From NCBI GenBank assembly GCA_963827595.1, contig CAWHBT010000017.1, positions 14,196 through 78,195 of the forward strand: DNA of 64,000 nucleotides, given 5' to 3'. Positions 42,921 through 52,297 of this stretch are shown here, in pieces. Within the stretch, counting starts at the first letter, position 1, and every line of letters starts with the position of its first letter. Under the pieces are notes generated by a model. The model saw nothing but the letters and a program-made list of their open reading frames with translations. It made no database searches and was not told the DNA's origin. The position numbers and the translations under genes are program-made. Source of the stretch: an uncultured beta proteobacterium (GTDB lineage: Bacteria > Pseudomonadota > Gammaproteobacteria > Burkholderiales > SG8-39).

Positions 42921-43470
42921 CTGCTCCGGGGACGCGGCGACGCGCTCGTGGTGACCGGGCTCGGATCGCCCACCTACGACGCTTTCGCGGTCGCGGATTC
43001 GCCGTTGAACTTCTATCTCTGGGGCGCGATGGGCAGCGCGTGCGATGGTCGGCCTGGGGCTCGCCAACGCCCAGCCGGGGCGGCGCGTCGTGGTCATTAC
43101 CGGGGACGGCGAGATGCTGATGGGCCTCGGTTCGCTCGCGACGATCGGCGTGCGGCGTCCGGCCAACCTCGCCGTCGTCGTCATCGACAACGGCCTCTAC
43201 GCCGAGACGGGGATGCAGCGCACGCACACGGCGCACGGCGTCGATCTCGCAGCGGTCGCGCGGGCGTCAGGGTTCGCGGCCGCCGAGACGGTGCAGACCC
43301 AGGCCGAGCTGGATGCCCTCGAACGATCGCTCTACACCGGCCCGGGACCTCGCTTCGCGGCGGTCAAGGTCGCGCCCGAGCCGACGAAGATCGAGCTCGC
43401 CCCGCGCGACGGCCCGTACCTCCGCAGCCGCTTCCGCGAGGCGCTGCTCGGCGAGGCCGCGCACCGGTAG
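42885..43470 (+). pseudogene. split TPP-dependent decarboxylase, beta (PP-domain) subunit, interrupted by a 1-nt insertion near 43044
   Basis: The N-part ...LVVTGLGSPTYDAF...FYLWGAMGSAC continues in the next frame as MVGLGLANAQPGRRVVVITGDGEMLMGLGSL...VVIDNG (TPP GDG-N(x)-NN motif). Length is 586 nt = 3n+1. Confidence 0.7.
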
Positions 43471-43479
43471 GCCCGTCCG

Positions 43480-44364
43480 ATGCTGCGCTTCGGCATCGAC
43501 CTCGGCGGCACCAAGATCGAGGGCGTGATTCTCGACGCCGCGGGCGGCGAGCTCTTCCGCGAGCGCGTCCCCACCGACCAGTCGAGCTACGACGCGCTGC
43601 TCGACGGCATCGAGCGGCTCTATCGCCGCATGGCCGACGCCGCGGGCGGCGCGGCGCACACGCTGGGCATCGGCACGCCCGGCGCAATTTCCCCGCGCAC
43701 CGGCCTGCTCAAGAATGCGCCGAACACCGCCTGCCTGATCGGCCGGCCCGTCGCGCGCGACCTGCGCGCGCGGCTCGGCCGCGGCTTCGCCATCGACAAC
43801 GACGCGAACTGCTTCGCGCTCGCGGAGGCGCTGCACGGTGCGGGCCGCGGCAAGCGCGTCGTCTTCGGCGTGATCCTCGGCACCGGCTGCGGGGGCGGGA
43901 TCGTGATCGACGGGCGCGTGCACCGCGGCCTCCAGGCAATCGCCGGGGAGTGGGGCCACATGGTCATCGACCCTCGCGGGCCGCTCTGTGCCAGCGGGCA
44001 TCGGGGGTGCGTCGAGGCGTTCATCAGCGGCGCGGGGCTCGAGCGGCGGCACGCCGACCGGCACGGCGAGCGGAAGAGCGCCGCGGAAATCGCCGCCGCC
44101 TGGCGGCGGGGCGAGGCGCCCGCGACCGCAACGATGGACGAGTTCTTCGCGCACTTCGGCCAGGCGCTCGCGAACCTCATCGACGTGCTCGACCCGGACA
44201 TCGTGGTGCTGGGCGGGGGGTTCTCGAACGTCGACGAGCTCTACACCCGGGGGGTCGAAGAGGTCGCGAAACGGGTGTTCAGCGACGCGCTCGAGACGCC
44301 GATCGTGAAGCACGCGCTGGGGGATTCCGCGGGCGTGATCGGCGCGGCGCTCATCGGAGTCTAG
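43480..44364 (+). CDS. ROK-family sugar kinase (N-acetylglucosamine/fructose kinase-like)
   Basis: FGIDLGGTKIEG, IDNDANCFALAE, GTGCGGGIV and the ROK zinc-site region GEWGHMVIDPRGPLCASGHRGCVE. 294 aa. Confidence 0.8.
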   Translation: MLRFGIDLGGTKIEGVILDAAGGELFRERVPTDQSSYDALLDGIERLYRRMADAAGGAAHTLGIGTPGAISPRTGLLKNAPNTACLIGRPVARDLRARLGRGFAIDNDANCFALAEALHGAGRGKRVVFGVILGTGCGGGIVIDGRVHRGLQAIAGEWGHMVIDPRGPLCASGHRGCVEAFISGAGLERRHADRHGERKSAAEIAAAWRRGEAPATATMDEFFAHFGQALANLIDVLDPDIVVLGGGFSNVDELYTRGVEEVAKRVFSDALETPIVKHALGDSAGVIGAALIGV

Positions 44365-44366
44365 CG

Positions 44367-45761
44367 GTGCCGGTGGCCTTCGACGCCGGGCGGCGCTTCG
44401 ATTCGCACGTCCCGGTCCTGATCATCGGCGCCGGCGCGTGCGGGCTCGTCGCCGCGCTCGCCGCGCGCGAGGCCGGCGCGGAGGTGCTGGTGGTCGAGCG
44501 CGACGCGACGCCCGCCGGCTCCACGGCGCTCTCCTCCGGGTTCATCCCCGCGGCGCAGACGCGGTTCCAGCGCGCGCAGGGAATCGCCGATTCGCCCGCG
44601 CAGTTCGCGGCCGACGTCCAGCGCAAGAATCACGGCGAAGCCGATCCGCACCTGGTCGACGCGGTGTGCCGCGCGTCCGGCCCGACGCTTGAGTGGCTGG
44701 CGGATTGCCACGGGATCGAGTTCGTGCTCCTCGAGGGGTTCCTCTATCCCGGGCACAGCGCGCTGCGGATGCACGCCGTGCCCGGAAAGACCGGAGCGGC
44801 GCTGATGGGCGCGCTGCAGCGGGCGTGCACCGCGGCTGGCGTGGATCTCCTCACGTCGGCGCGCGTGACCACGCTGCAGGCCGACGGCGACCGGCGCGTT
44901 CGCGGCGTCGAGCTCGAGCGCCCGGACGGCGCCGTCGAGGCGGTCGGCTGCGACGCTCTCGTCCTCGCCTGCTCCGGGTTCGGGGGCAATCCGGGGCTGG
45001 TCAAGGAGCACATCCCCGAGATCGCGAGTGCCCTGTACTTCGGCCACGTCGGCAACCAGGGCGACGCGGTGCGTTGGGGGATCGCGCTCGGCGCGGCGGT
45101 GAAGGACCTGACGGCGTATCAGGGCCACGGCTCGGTCGCGACGCCGCACGGGATCCTCATTACCTGGGCGCTCGTGACGGAGGGAGGAATCCAGGTGAAT
45201 GCGGAAGGCCGGCGGTTCTCGAACGAGCACGCCGGTTACTCCGAGCAGTGCCTGCCGGTGCTCGAGCAGCCGGGCGGCGTTGCCTGGACGGTGTACGACG
45301 AGCGGCTCCACCGCCTCGGGCTCGAGTTCGAGGACTATCGGCAGGCGCACTCACTCGGCGCCGTCAAGCGCGGCGAGACCGTGGCCGCGCTAGCGGCGGC
45401 CTGCGGCCTGCCCACGTCGGGGCTTGAGGCGACCCTCGGGGAAGTCGAGCGCTACGCGGCGGGCGAGACGCGCGATCCGTTCGGGCGAGACTTCACGACC
45501 AAGTCCAGGCTCGCCCCTCCGTACTACGGAGTGAAGGTCACGGGCGCGCTGTTCCACACCCAGGGCGGTCTGGTGGTCGACGCACGCGGCCGCGTGCTCG
45601 ACTCCCATGCTCGCCCCCTCCCAAATCTCTTCGCCGGCGGTGGCGCGGCGTGCGGCCTTTCCGGAGCCCATGTCTGGGGCTACCTCTCCGGGAACGGGCT
45701 CCTCTCGGCCGTCACGCTGGGCCGACTGGCCGGCCAGTCTGCGGCTGCTGTGGCTGTCTAG
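44367..45761 (+). CDS. FAD-binding oxidoreductase (fumarate reductase / succinate dehydrogenase flavoprotein-like)
   Basis: GTG start 3 nt after the ROK stop. Dinucleotide motif VLIIGAGACGLVAALAA, ...AGSTALSSGF..., and C-terminal HTQGGL...NLFAGGG. Confidence 0.75.
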   Translation: MPVAFDAGRRFDSHVPVLIIGAGACGLVAALAAREAGAEVLVVERDATPAGSTALSSGFIPAAQTRFQRAQGIADSPAQFAADVQRKNHGEADPHLVDAVCRASGPTLEWLADCHGIEFVLLEGFLYPGHSALRMHAVPGKTGAALMGALQRACTAAGVDLLTSARVTTLQADGDRRVRGVELERPDGAVEAVGCDALVLACSGFGGNPGLVKEHIPEIASALYFGHVGNQGDAVRWGIALGAAVKDLTAYQGHGSVATPHGILITWALVTEGGIQVNAEGRRFSNEHAGYSEQCLPVLEQPGGVAWTVYDERLHRLGLEFEDYRQAHSLGAVKRGETVAALAAACGLPTSGLEATLGEVERYAAGETRDPFGRDFTTKSRLAPPYYGVKVTGALFHTQGGLVVDARGRVLDSHARPLPNLFAGGGAACGLSGAHVWGYLSGNGLLSAVTLGRLAGQSAAAVAV

Positions 45762-45848
45762 GTAGTTCACCTCGACCTCCCATCGCCTGCATCAGATAGA
45801 GAGCGGGCGCTCACATTCTGAGTTGGGCTCCGCCTCTTTAAATAGTTG

Positions 45849-45877
45849 TTGACTGAACAGTCAGTAATGTGTATGTT
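45849..45877 (+). promoter_or_regulatory. sigma-70-type promoter of the TetR/RND operon
   Basis: TTGACT (45849-45854), a 17-nt spacer, then TATGTT (45872-45877). Confidence 0.6.
45852..45865. promoter_or_regulatory. operator-like inverted repeat 1
   Basis: ACTGAA-CA-GTCAGT. It overlaps the -35 box. Confidence 0.55.
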
Positions 45878-45891
45878 ACTGACCAGTCAGT
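45878..45891. promoter_or_regulatory. operator-like inverted repeat 2
   Basis: ACTGAC-CA-GTCAGT (perfect 6+2+6 palindrome), immediately after the -10 box. It differs from repeat 1 at one position. Confidence 0.55.
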
Positions 45892-45914
45892 TATCGAACG
45901 AACAGGAGACGGAA

Positions 45915-46172
45915 ATGAAAGCCCAGCATGCCTACCTCGCAGTGGCGATCGCCGCCGCCGCCACGCTCGTCGCCGTGTCACCCGTCATCGGCGGAGCCAA
46001 CGCGACGCCCGCCGTGGTGACCTCCGCGCCTGACGCCGCAGCTCGAAGCGACGCCACCCCCGAGGACGGCCGCGCGCGCAGCAACAGCCCCCATCCCGCG
46101 GTGCTGTCGTTCGAGCGCCCGGTCTACCCCATCGGCGTCCCGAATCCTCCGGTGAGCCTGGAGCAGTACTGA
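45915..46172 (+). CDS. small exported/membrane-anchored protein (85 aa), unknown family
   Basis: AGGAGA lies 5 nt upstream of the ATG. An N-terminal hydrophobic segment (AYLAVAIAAAATLVAVSPVIGG) is followed by a Pro/Ala-rich tail. It is the first gene after the promoter. Confidence 0.4.
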   Translation: MKAQHAYLAVAIAAAATLVAVSPVIGGANATPAVVTSAPDAAARSDATPEDGRARSNSPHPAVLSFERPVYPIGVPNPPVSLEQY

Positions 46173-46196
46173 CCCTCACCGATCGCCGGCCGGTCA

Positions 46197-46853
46197 GTGA
46201 TCCAAACCCCGATGGACGCCGCCCAGACCAAGAACGAACCGCGCTTCGAGCGCCGCAAGGACGCGCGTCCTGGCGAGATCCTCGACGCCGCGCTCGAGCT
46301 GTTCGTGGAGAAGGGCTTCGCGGCGACCCGGCTGGAAGACGTCGCCCAGCGCGCGGGCGTCTCGAAGGGCACCGTTTACCTCTACTTCGACAGCAAGGAA
46401 GACCTGTTCAAGTCGGTCATCCGCTCCGGGATCGTCCGTGCGATCGAGGAGGCCGAGAAGCTGGTGGCCGGCTTCGAGGGCAGCTCGGCCGACCTCCTCC
46501 GCCAGATCTACGCGGGATGGTGGCAGAACATCGGCGGCACCAAGCTCTCGGGGATCCCGAAGCTCATGATCTCGGAGGCGCAGAACTTCCCGGAGCTCGC
46601 GCGCTTCTACTACGAGGAAGTCATCGAGCGGGGCTCGCGGCTGTTCGCGCGCGCGATCGAGCGCGGCGTCGAGCGCGGCGAGTTCCGGCGGGTGAACACC
46701 GATTACGCCGTGCGGGCGATCGTCGCGCCCCTCATCATGCGCGCCATCCTCGAGCACTCGTTCCTGCCCTGCGCCGGCCCGGAGGACTTCGACACGCCGG
46801 CGTACTTCGAGCACACGCTCGGCCTGGTGCTCGACGGCTTGCGGACGAGGTGA
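46197..46853 (+). CDS. TetR/AcrR-family transcriptional regulator
   Basis: TetR HTH signature ILDAALELFVEKGFAATRLEDVAQRAGVSKGTVYLYFDSKEDLF. The start is GTG at 46197 or ATG at 46212. Confidence 0.85.
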   Translation: MIQTPMDAAQTKNEPRFERRKDARPGEILDAALELFVEKGFAATRLEDVAQRAGVSKGTVYLYFDSKEDLFKSVIRSGIVRAIEEAEKLVAGFEGSSADLLRQIYAGWWQNIGGTKLSGIPKLMISEAQNFPELARFYYEEVIERGSRLFARAIERGVERGEFRRVNTDYAVRAIVAPLIMRAILEHSFLPCAGPEDFDTPAYFEHTLGLVLDGLRTR

Positions 46854-46856
46854 GCC

Positions 46857-47309
46857 GTGGCTCTCGACGCCGCCCTCGCGTACCTGCACTTCGCCGCCAT
46901 CCTGCTGGTCGCGGGATTCCTGGTGGCCGAGGCGATGCTGCTCCGCGGCGACCTCGGGTCGCGCGACGTCGCCGCCCTAGTGCGCAGCGACATCGGCTAC
47001 TCCGTGTCGGCGGTGCTGGCGCTCGTGACCGGGCTCGCGCGCGCCCTCTTCGGTGCGAAGGGCTGGGCGTTCTACGCCGACAACCCGGTGTTCTGGGTCA
47101 AGGTCGGCCTCTTCCTCGCGATCGGCCTGATCTCGATCCGGCCGACGCTCGCGTTCCTGCGCTGGCGCCGCGCCGCTCGCGGCGCCGCCGGCTTCAGCGT
47201 GCCCGCCGCAGAGACCAAGTCGGCGCGCCGCACCGTCCTCGTCGAGCTCCATCTGCTCGCCCTGCTGCCGCTCGCCGCCGTGCTGATGGCACGCGGCATC
47301 GGTCACTGA
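46857..47309 (+). CDS. DUF2214-like membrane protein
   Basis: GTG start 3 nt after the TetR stop. Four hydrophobic helices. The family assignment is from memory of TetR-DUF2214-MFP-RND clusters. Confidence 0.55.
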   Translation: MALDAALAYLHFAAILLVAGFLVAEAMLLRGDLGSRDVAALVRSDIGYSVSAVLALVTGLARALFGAKGWAFYADNPVFWVKVGLFLAIGLISIRPTLAFLRWRRAARGAAGFSVPAAETKSARRTVLVELHLLALLPLAAVLMARGIGH

Positions 47310-47332
47310 TCACGACGATTCTGGAGATGCTC

Positions 47333-48462
47333 ATGTCCGCCGTCCGCTCGATCCTTGTCATCACGCTCGCCGCGGCGCTCGCCGCGTGCGGCAAGCCCGA
47401 GACCCAGCCCCCGGCCCCCCGCGCCGTCATCGCGCAGATCGTCGGCGCGAAGGCCGTCGACAGCGCCAACGTCTACTCCGGCGAAGTGCGCGCCCGGTAC
47501 GAAAACGATCTTGCGTTCCGGGTCGGCGGCAAGGTCGTCGCCCGCAACGTCGACGTCGGCGCGCAGGTGACGCGCGGCCAGGTGCTCGCCCGGCTCGACC
47601 CGCAGGACGCGCAGCTCGGCGTCGACGGCGCGCGCTCGCAGCTCGCCGCGGCCGCCGCCGACCACGAGCTCGCCGCCGCCGAGGTCGAGCGCTACCGGGA
47701 CCTGCACGAACGGAAATTCGTCAGCCGGGCGGTGCTCGACGCCCGCGAGACCACGTTCAACACCACCAAGGCGCGGCTCGAGCAGGCGAAAGCGCAGGTC
47801 GCCACGGCGCGGAACCAGTCCGCGTACACCACGCTCGTCGCCGAGGCCGACGGGGTCATCACCGCGGTCAATCTGGAACCCGGCCAGGTCGTCGCGCCGG
47901 GCCAGGCCGTGATGCGCTTCGCGCGCCCCGAGGAGAAGGAGGTCGCGATCAACGTCCCCGAGAGCCGCCTGGCGGAGCTCCGCGATGCGCGGGACATCCA
48001 CATCAGCGTGCTGGCCGCGCCCGACCACGTCTATCGCGGCCGCATTCGCGAGATCGCGCCGACCGCCGATCCCGCGACCCGGACCTTCGGTGTGAAGATC
48101 ACGGTCCTCGAGGCCAACGGCACGGTCAGGCTGGGCATGACCGCCAACGTGGCGCTCGGCGACGGCGTGCCGGACAGCAGGTGATCACGCTGCCGCTGAC
48201 GGCGCTCACGCAGCTCGAAGGGAAGCCCGCGGTCTGGGTCTTCGACCCGCTCACGAGCAAGGTCAACCTTCGGCCGGTGGTCGTCGGGGCGTATCGCGAA
48301 GACGGCGTCGTCGTGCGCGAGGGCTTGAGGCCCGGCGAGATCGTCGTGACGGTCGGCGTCCACAAGCTGCTCCCGGACGAGACCGTGCGCGTCGTCAGCG
48401 AAACGCTTGCGAGCCCGCGCTCCCAGCAGCGGCTCGAAGCCGCGGTTCGCAGCGGCGGCTGA
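47333..48462 (+). pseudogene. efflux RND periplasmic adaptor (MFP) lipoprotein, interrupted by a 1-nt deletion near 48150-48182
   Basis: Lipobox LAACG and a typical MFP sequence up to ...GMTANVALGDGVPDS, then a stop. The remainder (VITLPLTALTQLEGKPAVWVFDP...GEIVVTVGVHKL) is in the -1 frame. Length is 1130 nt = 3n-1. Confidence 0.8.
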
Positions 48463-48470
48463 GACGCACC

Positions 48471-51400
48471 ATGCGCCGCTTCAACCTCTCCGAGTGGGCC
48501 CTCGGGCACCGCAGCCTGGTGCTCTACGCGATGCTCGCGATCGCGCTCGCCGGCGTGCTCTCGTACACGAAGCTCGGGCAATCGGAAGACCCGCCGTTCA
48601 CGTTCAAGGTGATGGTGATCCGCACTACCTGGGCGGGCGCGACCGCGCGCCAGGTCGAGGAGCAGATCACCGACAAGCTCGAGAAGAAGCTGCAGGAGGC
48701 GCCGAACGTCGACGTGATCCGCAGCTACTCGAAGCCCGGCGAGTCCCAGATCTTCTTCCAGATGAAGGACTCCGCGCCGCCGGCGGCGGTGCCGGAGACC
48801 TGGGACCGGGTCCGCAAGAAGATCGCCGACATCCGCCACACGCTCCCCGCGGGCATCCAGGGGCCGTTCTTCAACGACGAGTTCGGGGACGTCTACGGCA
48901 ACATCTACGCCCTCACCGGCGAGGGCTTCTCCTACGCCGACCTCAAGAAGTACGCCGACCGGATCCGGGCCGAGCTGCTGCGCGTGCCGGAGGTCGCGAA
49001 GGTCGACTTCGTCGGCGAGCAGGACGAGAAGGTCTACATCGAGCTCTCGAACACCCGGCTCGCGACGCTCGGCGTCGACGCTCCAGACGATCGTCAACGC
49101 GCTCGCCACCCAGAACGCCATCGCCCCGGCGGGCACGTTCGAGACGCCGAGCGACCGGATCTACCTCCGCACGACCGGCGACTTCGACTCGGTCGAGGCG
49201 GTCCGCGAGACCACGATCCGCGCCAACGGTCGGCTCTTTCGCCTCGGCGACATCGCCCGCGTGCAGCGCGGCTATGCCGATCCGCCGCAGCCGAAGATGC
49301 GCTACCAGGGCAAGGAGGCGTTCGGGATCGGCGTGTCGATGGTCAAGGGCGGCGACATCATCGAGCTCGGCGCCAATCTCGACCGGGAGATCGCGCGCCT
49401 CGCCCGCGAGCTGCCGGTGGGGCTGGAGCTCGCGCAGGTGACGAGCCAGCCGCAGGCGGTGCAGCGCTCGGTGAACGAGTTCGTCCGCTCGCTCGCCGAA
49501 GCGGTGCTCATCGTGCTCGCGGTGAGCCTCGCCTCGCTCGGCTTGCGGACCGGCTTCGTGGTGGCGCTGTCGATCCCGCTGGTGCTGGCCGCGACCTTCC
49601 TGTTGATGCAGGTGTTCGGGATCGGGCTGCACAAGATCTCGCTCGGCGCGCTGATCCTCGCGCTCGGCCTGCTGGTCGACGACGCGATCATCGCCGTGGA
49701 AATGATGGCGACCAAGATGGAGCAGGGCTGGGACCGGCTGCGCGCGGCGAGCTTCGCCTACACCAGCACCGCCATGCCGATGCTCTCCGGCACGCTCGTG
49801 ACGGTCGCCGGGTTCCTGCCGATCGCGACCGCGGCCTCGACGACCGGGGAGTACACCCGTTCGATCTTCCAGGTCACCACGATCGCCCTGCTCGTCTCGT
49901 GGATCGCGGCGGTGGTGTTCGTGCCGTTCCTCGGCTACAAGCTCCTGCCCGACTTCGCGCAGGCGAACGGCCAGCCCTCGCGACTGCGGCGGCTGCTCGC
50001 GCGCGTGGCGCCGAGGCTCGCACCGGCGGCGCACGCCGTGCCGGTTTCGCATGCCGATCGCGAGCGGGCGGTCTACGAGACGCCCTTCTATCGCGCGTTG
50101 CGGCAGGTCATCCACTGGTGCGTCGTGCGCCGGAAGACGGTGATTCTCGCGACCGCGGCGCTCTTCGCGCTCGCGCTCTTCGCCTTCGGGTCCGTGCAGC
50201 AGCAGTTCTTCCCCGCCTCGAGCCGGCCGGAGCTCCTCGTCGACCTGCGGCTACCGCAAGGCGCCTCGTTCGAGGCGACCGAGGCCCAGGCGAAGCGGTT
50301 CGAGAAGCTGCTCGACCGGGAGACGGGCATCGTGAACTACGTGAGCTACGTCGGCTCGGGCAGCCCGCGCTTCTACCTGCCGCTCGACCAGCAGCTCCCG
50401 AACGCGAACTTCGCGCAGTTCGTGATCCTCACCCAGGGGATCGCGGACCGCGAGCGCCTCCGCGCGCGGCTGATCAAGCTGTTCGACGAGGACTTCCAGG
50501 GGCTGCGCGCCAACATCACCCGCCTGGAGAACGGCCCGCCGGTCGGCTTCCCGGTGCAGTTCCGCGTGTCGGGCGAGGACGTCCCGACGGTGCGGCGTCA
50601 CGCCGACCGCGTGGCCGAGGTCATGCGCGAGAACCCGAACGTGTCGAACGTGCAGTTCGACTGGGACGAGAAGTCGAAGACGATCAAGGTCGAGATCGAC
50701 CAGGAAAAGGTGCGGCTCCTCGGGCTCTCGTCGCAGGAGCTCTCGACGTTCCTCAACACGTCGCTCAACGGGCTGACGGTCACCTACTACCGCGAGCGCG
50801 ACAAGCTCATCGACGTCGTCATGCGCGGCTCGGTCGACGAGCGCGCGAAGCTCTCGTACCTCCAGGATCTCGCCGTGCCGACCCGCTCGGGCAAGTCGGT
50901 GCCGCTGTCGCAGATCGCGAACATCACGTACGAGTTCGAGGACGGGGTGATCTGGCGCCGCAACCGGCTACCGACGATCACCGTGCGCGCCAACGTCTAC
51001 GGCGACATCCAGGCGCCGGTGGTGACCGCCCAGATCGCGCCGAAGCTCGACCCGGTCCGGGTCGCGCTCCCGCCCGGCTACCGCCTCGAGACCGGCGGCG
51101 CGGTCGAGGACGCCGCCAAGGGCCAGAAGTCGGTCGCGGCCGGGGTGCCGCTCTTCCTCGTGGTCGTGCTGACGGTCCTGATGGTGCAGCTGCAGAGCTT
51201 CTCCCGGGTGGCGATGGTCATCCTCACCGCCCCCCTCGGCCTCATCGGCGTGACAGGGTTCATGCTCGCGTTCAACCAGCCGTTCGGTTTCGTCGCGATG
51301 TTGGGCACCATTGCGCTCTCCGGAATGATCATGCGGAACTCCGTCATCCTCGTGGACCAGATCGACCAGGACATCCGCGCCGGCCACGCGCCGGGCGCGG

Positions 51401-51694
51401 CGGTCGTCGAGGCCACCGTGCGGCGGTTCCGGCCGATTACCCTGACCGCCGCCGCCGCGGTACTCGCGATGATTCCGCTCACGCGGAGCGCGTTCTTCGG
51501 CCCGATGGCGGTGGCCATCATGGGCGGTCTCGTCGTGGCCACCGGGCTGACCGTGCTCTTCCTGCCGGCGCTCTACGCGGCGTGGTTCCGCGTGAAACCG
51601 GTCGTGCGCGACCCCGGCGCCGGCGAAGCGCGCCGAAGAGCCGCACGCGCGGGCGCCGGAGGCGGCGCCGCAAATGCTCGAAGGCACCCTGTAA
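48471..51694 (+). pseudogene. efflux RND permease (AcrB/HAE1-like), with a 1-nt insertion at about 49080 and an ambiguous 3' end
   Basis: MRRFNLSEWALGHRSLVLYAML...LATLGVD continues in the +1 frame as LQTIVNALATQNAIAPAGTFE... and runs through 12-TM RND sequence to ...LYAAWFRVKP. As sequenced, that frame runs on into the SRPBCC ORF. A TAA in the next frame at 51692-51694 is the likely true stop. Confidence 0.8.
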
Positions 51695-51696
51695 CC

Positions 51697-52140
51697 ATGT
51701 TGCTAGCCGAACTCTTCACGCTGACCGAGATCGAGGCGCCCGCGGAGCGCGTCTGGAATATCCTCACCGACTTCGCGCGTTACCCGGAGTGGAACCCTTT
51801 CATCCGCCGCATCGAAGGCGAGCCGCTCAGGCGCGCAGCGCTCGACGTCCTGATCCACCCGGACGGTGCGCGGCCCCGCCGGTTCCGGCCGCACATCGTC
51901 ACCTTCCGGCCCCCGAAGGAGCTCCGCTGGCGCGCCCGGGCGCGGCTGCCGGGGCTGTTCCAGGGCGAGCACCGGTTCGTGGTCGAGCAGCTCGGGCCCA
52001 GCCGCTCACGCCTCATCCACGAGCAGCGCGTCAGGGGCCTGGTCGTGCCGTTCCTGCGCGCACGGCTCGAGGAGCCCGTGCGGCGCGGGTTCGACGCGAT
52101 GAATCTCGCGCTGAAGCAGCTCGCCGAGCGCTACGCCTGA
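51697..52140 (+). CDS. SRPBCC-superfamily (polyketide cyclase/START-like) protein
   Basis: MLLAELFTLTEIEAPAERVWNILTDFARYPEWNPFI... is the typical start of SRPBCC proteins. The ATG sits 2 nt after an out-of-frame TAA. Confidence 0.6.
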   Translation: MLLAELFTLTEIEAPAERVWNILTDFARYPEWNPFIRRIEGEPLRRAALDVLIHPDGARPRRFRPHIVTFRPPKELRWRARARLPGLFQGEHRFVVEQLGPSRSRLIHEQRVRGLVVPFLRARLEEPVRRGFDAMNLALKQLAERYA

Positions 52141-52297
52141 CCCCGCGTCATCCGCGCGGCGCGGCATCCTCCCGCGTCCCGCGACGGTTGTTGCACTGCA
52201 GCGAGGAAGAATCCCCCGCCACGCCCCGTCGAACTCTTGGCACCGGCTGAAATCGCATGGTTTAATGAAGAGTTAGGGGTAGTTTCTCCACAAAACT

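Noticed and set aside
42885-45761. 958-aa plus-strand ORF
   Set aside because: It is a chimera. It contains the first ~53 codons of the decarboxylase beta subunit, an out-of-frame passage through the rest of that gene and through the ROK kinase, then the in-frame FAD oxidoreductase (true start GTG at 44367).
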